Below are positions 51,186 to 61,314 of a DNA stretch of 64,000 nt, piece by piece. Positions within the stretch are counted from its first letter, which is position 1; each line of letters starts with the position of its first letter. The notes below the pieces were generated by a model, which was not told where the DNA came from, did no database searches, and worked only from the letters and a program-made list of their open reading frames with translations. Both the position numbers and the translations under genes were made by a program. The stretch covers positions 1 to 64,000 of the forward strand of contig JAEOSU010000051.1 in the NCBI GenBank assembly GCA_016840165.1, written 5' to 3'. This stretch comes from Promethearchaeota archaeon (GTDB taxonomy: Archaea; Asgardarchaeota; Lokiarchaeia; Sigyniarchaeales; SOKP01).

Positions 51186-53021
51186 ATGAAAAAAGCTGAT
51201 AATCTTTATTCGGATCATCAACTCGCAGAATTTAAGCTAGAAAAAGATTCCTTTCAGAAAAGTCGTAAAAAAGGAGCACGTAGATGGATTTTAGCACACA
51301 TTTTTTACGGCTCTAATAAATTGTTTATCATAGTAGTATTATTTACAACTATAATTGCATCAGTACTAGCCTCACTATTATCTGTCATTATTGGGAATGC
51401 AGTCGAAGAATTTCTTAATGCAAATATTAGTAGCCTCATGTTTTTCACCCTCATTATATTGATTTTAGGATTATTAACTCCTATTTTCCGCTTAGTGAAT
51501 TATATGCAACGAGAATTGCTTGCTCAAAGATTAGAAAGAGATTCACGAAAAGAGTTTTATGCTAATCTATTAGGTAAAAGTCAATCATTTCATGATAAAC
51601 AAAAAATTGGAGAGCTCATGGCGCGAGCCACCGATGATGTTCGTATGTTAAATTTTTTAATGAGCCCTGCTATCTCATTGATATTAGAATCTTTTACCTC
51701 TTTAATAATTCCTTTATTTTTTATCTTGTTTTTATATCCCTTACAGCTCATCATTGAACCGGTGGTGTTCACTATACTCTTTTTAATCAATCTTCGGTCA
51801 TATAATCGAAAACTTTCACCTATTACTGGGAAACTAAGGATGAATTTCGGAATGATAAATTCTACGCTCAACGAAACGCTTTCTGGGATAGAAGTTGTTA
51901 AAGGATCAATAAAGGAGGATCATGAATATAAACGATACGAGAGATTCGCTCAAGATTATCGCGACGCGTTTATAGAACAAGGAAAGGTGCAGGCAAAATA
52001 TTATCCTATTCTCTTTTTGGCTCTTACCATTACAATTGGCTTTACCCATTCGCTCATCTTATACTCTGAGGGTCTAATAAACATCGGACAAATAATTTCC
52101 TATCTTGGTCTTTTAGGATTATTACGCTTTCCGACGTTTATATCTATTTTCGTCTTTGCCATAATAAAACTTGCGGGTTCGAGCGCGAAACGTTTACTTG
52201 AATTAATGAATAAAAAGTCTGAGATTGATGAGAATATTAAGGGAAAGACCAAAATCGTCCAAGGAGCGATAAAGTTTGAGAATGTAAGTTTCAAATACCC
52301 TGGGACTGATAATGAAGTCTTAAATGATATATCTTTTGAGGTTAAACCAGGTCAAACTGTTGCTATAGTAGGAACCACAGGTTCTGGAAAAACTACACTT
52401 ACAAAATTAATTTCACGCTTATATGATGTTTCTCAAGGGCGCATACTAGTGGATGACATTGACATTCGGAATTATGCATTAAAATCTTTAAGGGCTCAAA
52501 TTTCGTATATTGAACAAGATGTTTTTCTCTTTTCCTTTTCAGTGTTTGATAATATAGCATTTGGACGTGTCAGTTCATTAGATGAGGTTAAACAAGCAGC
52601 TATTCAAGCACAAGCAGATGATTTTATATCAAAATTGCCTAATGGCTATAACTCTGAGATCGGAGAAAGAGGTGTCCAGCTTAGTGGTGGTGAAAGACAA
52701 AGAGTTGCGATCGCTCGTGCATTTCTTTCCAATCCCCGGATATTAATTCTTGATGATTCTACTTCGGCAATCGATTCTAATACTGAAGATAAAATCCAGC
52801 AAGCAATTAAAAATATACTAGTCAACCGAACTACATTCTTAATTACCCATCGTTTAAGTCAAATTCGATGGGCAGATCTAATTATTGTGCTTAAAAATGG
52901 AAGAATTGAGGCTAAAGGCACTCATTGGGAACTTATTAAGGAATCAGAAGAGTACCGGAAGATATTTGTAAAGAAATTTGACTTAGATGAAGAACAATTA
53001 TTAAGAGGTGAGATCGGATAG
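51186..53021 (+). CDS. ABC exporter (MdlA-like TMD+NBD), subunit 1
   Basis: GTTGSGKT, LSGGERQR, degenerate Walker B ILDDSTS. Confidence 0.93.
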   Translation: MKKADNLYSDHQLAEFKLEKDSFQKSRKKGARRWILAHIFYGSNKLFIIVVLFTTIIASVLASLLSVIIGNAVEEFLNANISSLMFFTLIILILGLLTPIFRLVNYMQRELLAQRLERDSRKEFYANLLGKSQSFHDKQKIGELMARATDDVRMLNFLMSPAISLILESFTSLIIPLFFILFLYPLQLIIEPVVFTILFLINLRSYNRKLSPITGKLRMNFGMINSTLNETLSGIEVVKGSIKEDHEYKRYERFAQDYRDAFIEQGKVQAKYYPILFLALTITIGFTHSLILYSEGLINIGQIISYLGLLGLLRFPTFISIFVFAIIKLAGSSAKRLLELMNKKSEIDENIKGKTKIVQGAIKFENVSFKYPGTDNEVLNDISFEVKPGQTVAIVGTTGSGKTTLTKLISRLYDVSQGRILVDDIDIRNYALKSLRAQISYIEQDVFLFSFSVFDNIAFGRVSSLDEVKQAAIQAQADDFISKLPNGYNSEIGERGVQLSGGERQRVAIARAFLSNPRILILDDSTSAIDSNTEDKIQQAIKNILVNRTTFLITHRLSQIRWADLIIVLKNGRIEAKGTHWELIKESEEYRKIFVKKFDLDEEQLLRGEIG

Positions 53022-54822
53022 AATGTTTTATGGATTAGAAGCTGAAGAGTATGATAGAACCTATAAGGACCGAAATTTATTGCGACGAATTTTCTCCTTT
53101 TTTGCCCCATATAAACGTTACATGATAATTGTAGTCCTATTTTTAACACTTTCTTCATTGATTACGTCATTTGTCCCCTTAATAACTTCGATAGCAATAA
53201 ACAACATCAATGAAAGTGCAGGGATTACTTATTTAATCTTTTTAATCGTATTGATCTTAAGTTTTAATATTTTAAGCTTTGTATTTAATTACTTTCGTCA
53301 AATCAATGGTGCCAAAGCAGTTGCAAATGTAGTACTTGATTTAAGAGGAGAGGCAACGAAATCTATTCTAGATCATGATCTCTCATTTTTTGATAAAAAT
53401 CCAATCGGAAAAATTGTCAGTCGTATCAATTCTGATAGTAGAGACTTTGGTCAGACTGTTGAGCTCTCATTAGAAGTTATTTCTTCTTTGGTAGTGATGA
53501 TCATAATCATTCTTCTTCTTTCTTTAATTAATATTGCCTTAACACTCATCATGCTTATAGCTATCCCTCTCTTTTTTGTTGTAGCCCTTGCTTTTCGAAA
53601 ATTTGCAAGAAAGATGACGCTTCTTGGGCAACGAGCTCTCGCATCGGTTAATTCCTTCGTAAAAGAAAGTTTTTCTGGGATTCAAATTGCAAAAACGTTC
53701 CGTCAGGAGCAAAAATTATATGATCAGTTCGAAAAAGTAAATCTACAATCATATAAGGTTAACTTAAAGCGAGCATTCTTGTTAAATGCAATTTTTCCCT
53801 CGTTAGGAATAGTTCAAGGAATAGTAACTACATTTTTAGTCTATTTAGGAGGCAATTTTTTAATCTTTGATACAATTAATATTGGAGATTTCAATATGTT
53901 TATTCAAAGTCTTAACTTGCTTTTCTTTCCCCTCTTAACCATTGCTTCATTTTGGCCTCAATTTCAATCAGGATTATCTGCTTCCGAAAGAATTTTTGCT
54001 ATAATTGATACACCTCCAGTTGTAATTCAAACCGGTGATATTATCCCTGGAAAGTTAACTGGAGAGATTGAATTTAAAAATCTCACCTTTCAATATGAAG
54101 AGAATAAAAAAGTGTTTGATAACTTTAATCTGAAGATTAAACCAGGGGAATCACTCGCTATTGTAGGACATACGGGTGCTGGTAAGTCAAGTATTGCAAA
54201 CTTATTAGCAAGATTTTATGAATTTCAAGAAGGTGATATCGTGATTGACGGAAAAAGTATTAGAAACTTCAAACTCCAAGCTTATCGCCAACAAATTGGA
54301 ATAATCCCCCAAGTTCCATTTTTATGGGCTGATACCGTTGAGCATAATATAAGTTATGGATGTACTTCTGCATCATGTGATGATGTCATTTCTGCTTTAG
54401 ATAAGGCAGGTGGTTCAGAATGGGTTAATAATCTCCCAAATGGATTAGATACTATGGTTGGAGAGCGCGGTAGTCTACTTTCCATGGGACAACGGCAGTT
54501 AGTTGCCTTCGCTCGCGTATTATTAGAAAATCCCTCCATCTTAATTTTAGATGAAGCTACGGCTTCGGTTGATCCATTCACGGAAACGCGGATTCAAGAT
54601 GCCCTCGAGAAGACAATCGAGGGAAGAACCTCGATAGTTATTGCTCATCGCTTATGGACAGTACGACACGTCGATAGAATAATTGTTCTGGATAAAGGAA
54701 AGATAATTGAAGAGGGTAATCATGACGAACTCATGAAGCGTAATGGATACTATGCTGATCTTTATAATACTTATTTCAGACACCAATCTCTGAAGTATAT
54801 CGAAGAAATGGGAAAAACTTAA
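53008..54822 (+). CDS. ABC exporter (MdlB-like TMD+NBD), subunit 2
   Basis: GHTGAGKS, LSMGQRQL, ILDEATASVD; overlaps the partner gene; start may be ATG 53023. Confidence 0.93.
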   Translation: MRSDRMFYGLEAEEYDRTYKDRNLLRRIFSFFAPYKRYMIIVVLFLTLSSLITSFVPLITSIAINNINESAGITYLIFLIVLILSFNILSFVFNYFRQINGAKAVANVVLDLRGEATKSILDHDLSFFDKNPIGKIVSRINSDSRDFGQTVELSLEVISSLVVMIIIILLLSLINIALTLIMLIAIPLFFVVALAFRKFARKMTLLGQRALASVNSFVKESFSGIQIAKTFRQEQKLYDQFEKVNLQSYKVNLKRAFLLNAIFPSLGIVQGIVTTFLVYLGGNFLIFDTINIGDFNMFIQSLNLLFFPLLTIASFWPQFQSGLSASERIFAIIDTPPVVIQTGDIIPGKLTGEIEFKNLTFQYEENKKVFDNFNLKIKPGESLAIVGHTGAGKSSIANLLARFYEFQEGDIVIDGKSIRNFKLQAYRQQIGIIPQVPFLWADTVEHNISYGCTSASCDDVISALDKAGGSEWVNNLPNGLDTMVGERGSLLSMGQRQLVAFARVLLENPSILILDEATASVDPFTETRIQDALEKTIEGRTSIVIAHRLWTVRHVDRIIVLDKGKIIEEGNHDELMKRNGYYADLYNTYFRHQSLKYIEEMGKT

Positions 54823-54876
54823 GTCATTTTCTCTCTAATTCTAAATATTTAATAATAGATTGGTTGAATTATTACT

Positions 54877-55548
54877 ATGAACTTAGAAAAATGGAAACGA
54901 ATTGCAGCTATCTGTGAGATCTTAGGATCTTTTCTATTTTTTCTCTTGATACTAATAGCAATGTTTTTTTATCCGGGGGGCACGATGGACAACCCTTCAT
55001 CTCCGGGATATTACTTTTGGGGTAATACTATTAGTGATTTAGGCAGAATAATTTCACATAATGGTGCCTTCAATATTATTTCGATGGTATTATTTACGAT
55101 TGGTATAGCCGCTCTTGCCTTGCTATCAATTCCACTATATATTGTCTTCCCTAAGATATTTTCAGCAAGTAAATTTGAATCAATTTCTGCGAGAGTCGGT
55201 TCCTTACTTGGATATATAGCTACGATTGGTTGGATTGGTGTACTTTTTTTCCCTGCGGATATTTCAAATGATATTCATTGGATCTTTGCCTATCTCATCT
55301 ATATCGCTTTCTTTTTCAGTGGGTTCTTCTACACTATCTCGCTATTTCTAAATAAAAAAATCTCTAAAACCTATGCAATAATCTTTACTATCTACTGCAT
55401 TATTCATTTTATATCTCTAATGATTATTATCATCGGTATCCCCATCGCACGAATTTATTTAGTAGTTGGACAAAAAATAGCCCATATCTCCTCTTTAATT
55501 AGCTATTTCATCTTAGGCTATGGACTATTAAAATATAAATTAAATTAA
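54877..55548 (+). CDS. DUF998-like membrane protein
   Basis: YPGG...GYYFWGNTISDLG, FPAD...H; 6 TM. Confidence 0.7.
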   Translation: MNLEKWKRIAAICEILGSFLFFLLILIAMFFYPGGTMDNPSSPGYYFWGNTISDLGRIISHNGAFNIISMVLFTIGIAALALLSIPLYIVFPKIFSASKFESISARVGSLLGYIATIGWIGVLFFPADISNDIHWIFAYLIYIAFFFSGFFYTISLFLNKKISKTYAIIFTIYCIIHFISLMIIIIGIPIARIYLVVGQKIAHISSLISYFILGYGLLKYKLN

Positions 55549-55600
55549 CTCTCTTTTTTTTACTTTCTTAATATTAATGAAAAATTAAAAAAATTGATTA

Positions 55601-56959
55601 TTAGAGCCTATTGATATATCGATTTCGTTCCCATTCACTTACTATAACTCGATATGCATCATTTTCCTCTAATTTCGCATAGTAAAAATTCTTAAAGGGT
55701 TCCTCTCCAAACACTTCCTTCATGAACTCGGAACTATAGAATTCTCCTAATGCCTCGCTTAAACTACCGGGAAGGGAATTTATACCTTCTTTAATCATTT
55801 CCTTAGTGGTGAGATGATAAACATTTCGATCTGTTGGCTCGGGAATTTCAATATCATTGGAGAGAACCCCATCCATTCCCGTCTGTAATAAGACCGCAAA
55901 CTGTAAATAAGGATTTCCTGCCGGATCCGGACATCGTATTTCACATCTTGCGGCCGAGGATTTATTATGAAAATCAGGAACTCTAATCAAGGGAGATCTA
56001 TTCCTAAACCCCCATGCTATATAAACTGGAGCTTCATATCCCGGGACTAATCGCTTATAGGAGTTTGGCCAACTGCTTAAAACCGCACACATCGCTTTCG
56101 CATGCCGAAGTTGACCCGCAATCCATTTCTTCATAAGTAACGAGATATTGTCCTTATCATTCTCGTCATAAAACGCATTAGTTCCATTTTTCCAAAGACT
56201 TTGATGACAATGCATACCACTTCCATTTATTCCATCAAAAGGTTTAGGCATAAATGTTGCGGTCATATTATTCATTGCAGCAACTATTTTAATGATTGCT
56301 TTGATTGTTATAGTATTATCTGCTGAATTCACAGCCTCATCATAGCGAAAATCTATCTCATGCTGCCCATATGCTACTTCATGATGGAGAGCCTCGATCT
56401 CAATTCCCATCGCATCGCAATATTGAGCAATTGAATATCGCATTCGCTCGTTAATATCATAGGGATCATAGTCAAAATACCCGCGCATGTCTGACGGTTT
56501 AAATGCTGCTTCTCTCGCTTCTTGGTTCAAGATGAAAAATTCCATTTCAGGGGCACACAAGTACTTAAAGCCATGTTCTTCAGCTTTTTTCACTGCTCTT
56601 TGAAGAATGTATCGTGGATCTCCTTCATACCGATTTCCATCTGGTTTATATATATCACAAATGACACGAGCCACCCGATTACTATTTGTTCTCCATGGAA
56701 GCATATAAAATGTGCTTGGATCAGGCAATGCGACTTTGTCAGATTCCTCAATCGCTCCATAACCCGTTATAGAACTTCCGTCGAAATTCTCTCCATCCTG
56801 AAAAAAATCCTCAATGCGTTTCGAATTAATCTCAAAGGACTTGATAATACCATGGATATCAGTAAATTGAAGGTAAATAAATTTAATCTCCTCTTCTTTC
56901 ACCTTCTCAATTACCGCGTCACATAATTCTTTTCTATTAGGATCGTTTTTTTCAATCAT
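55601..56959 (-). CDS. glnA: glutamine synthetase type I
   Basis: FDGSSI.GY, PEMEFF, HHEVA.GQHEI, TFMPKP..GINGSGMHCHQSL, NSYKRLVPGYEAP, NPYL. Confidence 0.96.
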   Translation of the reverse strand: MIEKNDPNRKELCDAVIEKVKEEEIKFIYLQFTDIHGIIKSFEINSKRIEDFFQDGENFDGSSITGYGAIEESDKVALPDPSTFYMLPWRTNSNRVARVICDIYKPDGNRYEGDPRYILQRAVKKAEEHGFKYLCAPEMEFFILNQEAREAAFKPSDMRGYFDYDPYDINERMRYSIAQYCDAMGIEIEALHHEVAYGQHEIDFRYDEAVNSADNTITIKAIIKIVAAMNNMTATFMPKPFDGINGSGMHCHQSLWKNGTNAFYDENDKDNISLLMKKWIAGQLRHAKAMCAVLSSWPNSYKRLVPGYEAPVYIAWGFRNRSPLIRVPDFHNKSSAARCEIRCPDPAGNPYLQFAVLLQTGMDGVLSNDIEIPEPTDRNVYHLTTKEMIKEGINSLPGSLSEALGEFYSSEFMKEVFGEEPFKNFYYAKLEENDAYRVIVSEWERNRYINRL

Positions 56960-57011
56960 AGTTTCTCAAATCTTTAATTATTAAATTTTAAGTCATATTC
57001 TAATTTTTTAA

Positions 57012-57425
57012 CTACTCATAGGTTAGTAAAGAGTCCGTTCTTTCCTTAAAAAATTCCATAAAATCATCCACTATTTTAGATTTAATATCCAGTCTAACTT
57101 TCTCAATAGATTCTTCTAAACATGCTCGCAACTTAATAGCAGAGTCGGAGTTCCAGAAATAATGCGTAGGACCCTTATTTTTATAATTTCGTGGTTCTTT
57201 CGTGATACAAAAGTCGATTCTTTTACTACCAGATCTAATAATAGGGATGGTACCCTTATGAATGAATCGGTCACAGTTCCATTTGTAAAAATTTATCGTA
57301 GAGGCCTCGACAAAAATCTCTGATTTAGTCAATCCACTATATATCGCATATTCTTCACATTCACGACAAATTTTACTTTCATAAAAATACTCTTTACCAC
57401 AAATTGCGCATTTTAAGCCATGCAA
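57012..57425 (-). CDS. hypothetical protein with N-terminal zinc-ribbon
   Basis: CAIC...CREC; upstream of and co-oriented with glnA. Confidence 0.7.
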   Translation of the reverse strand: MHGLKCAICGKEYFYESKICRECEEYAIYSGLTKSEIFVEASTINFYKWNCDRFIHKGTIPIIRSGSKRIDFCITKEPRNYKNKGPTHYFWNSDSAIKLRACLEESIEKVRLDIKSKIVDDFMEFFKERTDSLLTYE

Positions 57426-57652
57426 TATTAATCCTCTAATTATGATGGTAATTTTATACTAAAATAATATGCATGAAAATATATAAATTTTTATTATTGC
57501 ATCAAAATAATTATTTATTATACATTTTCTTCAAAATAATTGCTATTTATATTAAATATTTATTTAAAAATATGGAAATAATAATTTATGCTTATATTGA
57601 ACTTACCTAAAAATATAAATCATATTCAGAACTTGGTAAAAGTATTAGATTT

Positions 57653-57997
57653 TTATTCATATCTTGGATTTCCGCTATAAAAATCAGATGAAATTATCTT
57701 TAAGTTAGGTAAACAAGTCCAATTGGGCTTGAAAGGGATCTTACAATTAACAATATCAAGTAATTCAAGACGCTTGAGATGTTCAATACCCTTTAATTCT
57801 TTAATTGGATTTTCATTGAGGTAAAGTCTTTTTAAATTCCTTAGGGTATCTAATCCTCGAATTTCTTGGATCTGATTTCCCCCAAGATCTAATATTTCTA
57901 AGTGGTGGAGCTTCTCTAACCCTTCAGCCTTTTTGATCTGATTGTACTCCAAATTCAAATTTGTTAGATGTTTTAGAGAGTTAAGATTTTTATAATA
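57653..57997 (-). pseudogene. SDS22-type leucine-rich repeat fragment lacking its own 5' end (or frameshifted tail of the upstream gene)
   Basis: Four 22-aa L..L..L.L..N.I units plus a partial fifth. The repeat register starts at KNLNSLKHLTN, upstream of the TTG chosen by the track (57958). Confidence 0.65.
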
Positions 57998-59396
57998 TTA
58001 TAAACGGTGAAATTATTTCTAATGGTAATACTAATGGTCTTTCTTCCGCTATCACCAAGTAGCAAGCCTCATTAACTATAACAAAATCTGAGAAAAATTC
58101 ATCTCTGTGTCCATCATCAAACAAGACATACACATATTGATTATCTCCGAGCTCACCTAGCTCAGTTGTGAATTTATCTGTAATCTTAGTCTTAATATTA
58201 TTCTCGTTTAATTTTTGTAAAATTAGATTTTTTTTATTTTGATTATTACTCTCTATATCGATTATTGGTTCGTTTATCAGGAATTCTCTCCTATTCACGA
58301 ATTCAATTCTATACTTAATCATGATCGTATCTTGTTCTTCAGTAAAGATGAGCCAAATAATATCAATGATATGGGGATTTGTAAGGACTGGTTGGCAATG
58401 AAAATGCACATGTACAGAGAAGGTTTCTATGATGTAGCCATGCCCACTAGATCTACGTACTGTAAACATGTTTGCTACTTCTTCCTTTGTTATTATATTA
58501 TCAGTAAGGGGTTTAAGTTTAATGCTTTTGATGATTGTGTCTCCAAAATAAACGACACGTAGCATTGGTGCCCTTGTCAAATAGCGAAGATTGATTGTTA
58601 TGGGGATTTGATCATATACATCAAATGTACGAGTAATTCCCAAAATATTATCAATATCCCCGCTTGCAAAACCCCTAGAATAGGATGAAAAGTAATATGA
58701 AGTTACTTGAACCTTTCTTGACAAAGCTAATGAAGGATGGGGGTATATCCGAATTGAATTTGCAGGGGCTCTTTTTCCATCTCGTTGAAATTGACGGATA
58801 TCTTGATTCATATAATGTTTTACGTCATAAGGATAGGTTTTGTCCAATGAATAATATTTACTTTTTCCTTCGCAATTTTGTTTTTTAAATATTTCAAATC
58901 CTGTAGGCGGAGGATCGACAAAGACATTATCTAGGACTAATGTCTTTTCCATACTTCCTGATTTCCCCTTGAGAGTTATCTTTAGAACGGTGTGATTAAA
59001 TGGGGTGATAAAGTTAAATACAAAATGCCCTGGACTTAGTTGAATTATGCCAACAACATTTAGTGGTGTGGTATTATCAGGTCTTTCATCTATTATGGTC
59101 ACTTGCACCTCTTCATTTTTAAGAGGAAACCATTGTTCTGTTCCATCTTCATGATACACAATCCCTGCAGTAAATGAGAGCGTTGCTAGTCTTAACGCTG
59201 GTAGGAGTGCATAAGAGTTTATTAAATCAAATCCATTTAAGGTGATATCTGAAAATTCTACATGATCTATGCCTTGAGCGAAACGATCTTTAAGTTTTGA
59301 AGATAATTTAACCTCCAAATCTTTAACACTGTATAATCCTTTAATGGTATATCGCTCTTCTGATATGCGTCTATCGAATGGATCTCTTGGACTCAT
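57990..59396 (-). CDS. hypothetical beta-rich protein (468 aa)
   Basis: Long uninterrupted ORF; no signal peptide or TM; possible crystallin-like motif. Confidence 0.8.
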   Translation of the reverse strand: MSPRDPFDRRISEERYTIKGLYSVKDLEVKLSSKLKDRFAQGIDHVEFSDITLNGFDLINSYALLPALRLATLSFTAGIVYHEDGTEQWFPLKNEEVQVTIIDERPDNTTPLNVVGIIQLSPGHFVFNFITPFNHTVLKITLKGKSGSMEKTLVLDNVFVDPPPTGFEIFKKQNCEGKSKYYSLDKTYPYDVKHYMNQDIRQFQRDGKRAPANSIRIYPHPSLALSRKVQVTSYYFSSYSRGFASGDIDNILGITRTFDVYDQIPITINLRYLTRAPMLRVVYFGDTIIKSIKLKPLTDNIITKEEVANMFTVRRSSGHGYIIETFSVHVHFHCQPVLTNPHIIDIIWLIFTEEQDTIMIKYRIEFVNRREFLINEPIIDIESNNQNKKNLILQKLNENNIKTKITDKFTTELGELGDNQYVYVLFDDGHRDEFFSDFVIVNEACYLVIAEERPLVLPLEIISPFIIL

Positions 59397-59659
59397 AAGT
59401 ATAATTTTTATTCACTAATTTAAAAATGTTTTCATTTTTTTACATTTTTGTAAGTTATAAAGATATTTTGCGTAAGCATCAAAATGTCTTATATAATTGA
59501 AATTGAAGAACAAAATAAGTTGCTTGGTAAAATCATACTCGATTCATCTAAAGGGAATAGATTCTGGTGACATACCCCCTCATATATACTACAAAGGAAA
59601 TAATAAGCCGTTATTCTCTATAATCATACCAATTTTCTTATTTTATTATTTTAATTTAT

Positions 59660-60154
59660 CTATATATAGATGTCAATTTTATCTAAAAATTCTAATGGTA
59701 AATAATTAAGATATCCTTCTTTTTTCAGATATTCTATCACAGTCGGATGACCACTTTTATATCGTTTCATAACCTCCTTAGGTAAAACCATCTTAGCCTG
59801 AGGATCTCCGACCATATATAACTCTTTTAATAAAGGAAAAGCAATATTTCGATGCAATAATCTTGTATCATACTTCATCTCAGACCAAGCCTGCAAATTG
59901 GAACAAGTCCCCCAGAAAATATCCTCAGGAGATATTTCTTTAACTTTTCGACGATTATACTCCATAGTACGATCCAAACTTTCAGCTACTTCGTCTATTG
60001 AATCTCTATACTTATTTGGTTCTATTTTACTATTAAGGCTCTCTAGAAGTAAAAATTTACATTGCCGGAAAAATTTCTCATTAATATAAATGTTGGAAAC
60101 TTTTCCTTCTAATCTTACAGTAATATACTCATTAATCTTAAATTCTTCTTTCAT
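59660..60154 (-). CDS. Lokiarchaeia-expanded domain protein, often LRR-associated
   Basis: EFKINEYITVRLE...RQCKFLLL...SIDE...FWGTCSNLQAW...YDTRLLHRNIAFPLLK.L...GDP.AK pattern, recalled from Loki proteins. Confidence 0.75.
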   Translation of the reverse strand: MKEEFKINEYITVRLEGKVSNIYINEKFFRQCKFLLLESLNSKIEPNKYRDSIDEVAESLDRTMEYNRRKVKEISPEDIFWGTCSNLQAWSEMKYDTRLLHRNIAFPLLKELYMVGDPQAKMVLPKEVMKRYKSGHPTVIEYLKKEGYLNYLPLEFLDKIDIYI

Positions 60155-60370
60155 AGTTATTTCAAAATGAATATCGCGAAATTTTGTCTTATTAATCTAA
60201 TAGACATCTTATTCATATATTTATTTGTATCTTTTTGATATAGAAATTTCTGAGGAATATATCAAGATTTTATAAGATTTAAATAAAAAAATAGATTATT
60301 TTTGAATTAACATAATTGTGAAAATTATGTCGTCGAAATCTAATAGGATAACAAAAGAGGACTAAATAAA

Positions 60371-60682
60371 ATGAGATTTATCGCGTATTTTGAACTTAAT
60401 CCAAAATATGATCCATCTGAACTTGCAGAAGTTGGAATTGATCTAATGAAGAGAAAGTTATATCCTGCTGAGGGAGTGAAAACCCTTGCATGGTACATGA
60501 CTCCCGGACTCTGGGGTATTTCAGTTTCAGAGGCAGATAGTGTAGAAGCTTTAATGAACAATGTTCATGCATGGAGGATTGCAAAACCTGGAATATTTAC
60601 ATTCTTTAAAATTGAACCAGCTATGGATACCAAAGAATTAATACCGCTTGGCGTCCAATTAGCAAAAAGAGTTAAAGAATAG
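60371..60682 (+). CDS. DUF3303-like small protein
   Basis: ~100 aa, PAEGVKTLAWY...GISVSEADS.EAL...W...FKIEPAM pattern. Confidence 0.65.
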   Translation: MRFIAYFELNPKYDPSELAEVGIDLMKRKLYPAEGVKTLAWYMTPGLWGISVSEADSVEALMNNVHAWRIAKPGIFTFFKIEPAMDTKELIPLGVQLAKRVKE

Positions 60683-60772
60683 AGCATATTCAAATTGATA
60701 TTAATAATTATCTTTTTTTTTATTTTAGTGTAAATTTTTTCTAAAACAAAATATTTAGATAATCCTTTTCCG

Positions 60773-60919
60773 TTATACTCGGCGGTGGATTCGTATCATC
60801 TCATCCCATAATTCTGGTTCTGAATAATGATTCTGGACAATTTCTTGAAGGGAATAAGAAGGCGGTAAACCTGAGTAGCTAACTTCTTTATTTTCATTAT
60901 CTTCTTTTTCATGATGCAT
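60773..60919 (-). CDS. small hypothetical protein (48 aa), below the ORF-track cutoff
   Basis: MHHEKEDNENKEVSYSGLPPSYSLQEIVQNHYSEPELWDEMIRIHRRV*, preceded by GAGGT; less AT-rich than its flanks. Confidence 0.5.
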   Translation of the reverse strand: MHHEKEDNENKEVSYSGLPPSYSLQEIVQNHYSEPELWDEMIRIHRRV

Positions 60920-61068
60920 TTAAATTACCTCATTAGCAATGATAAATGCCAATATTATCAAATATATATAAAGAAAAATTTGTAATTGATGCTAGAAGAC
61001 ACAATAAATTTCTTTCTATAAAAGAATATATATTACCTAAATCCTTCTAAAAAAGGCCTTAAGTAACC

Positions 61069-61278
61069 TTGCCTGGTATTAATATAGTGGCTAAACTAAG
61101 ATGTTTGAATTGTGGAAAGACAATCCATTTCCGTGAAGGGCAAGAGACAGAGTGTCCTAGATGTGGCTCAAATGAATATATACAAGTTTCATCATTTGAA
61201 ACGTGCGTAACATGCTATTGTATTTGCGCAATCGTTATTGTTCTCACTGGTTTTATATTATTATGGGTATTCGCTTAA
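61069..61278 (+). CDS. small zinc-ribbon protein with Cys-rich C-terminal TM helix
   Basis: CLNC...CPRCGS then CVTCYCIC plus a hydrophobic tail; start may be GTG 61087. Confidence 0.65.
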   Translation: MPGINIVAKLRCLNCGKTIHFREGQETECPRCGSNEYIQVSSFETCVTCYCICAIVIVLTGFILLWVFA

Positions 61279-61314
61279 CTCAATTCCCGTTTTAAGGATG
61301 CTAGGATCAATTGG

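Noticed and set aside
59484-59709. Short + strand ORFs (MSYIIEIEEQNKLLGKIILDSSKGNRFW* at 59484-59570 and the 70-aa track ORF at 59497)
   Set aside because: No RBS or recognisable motif, and the two frames compete; cannot be supported.
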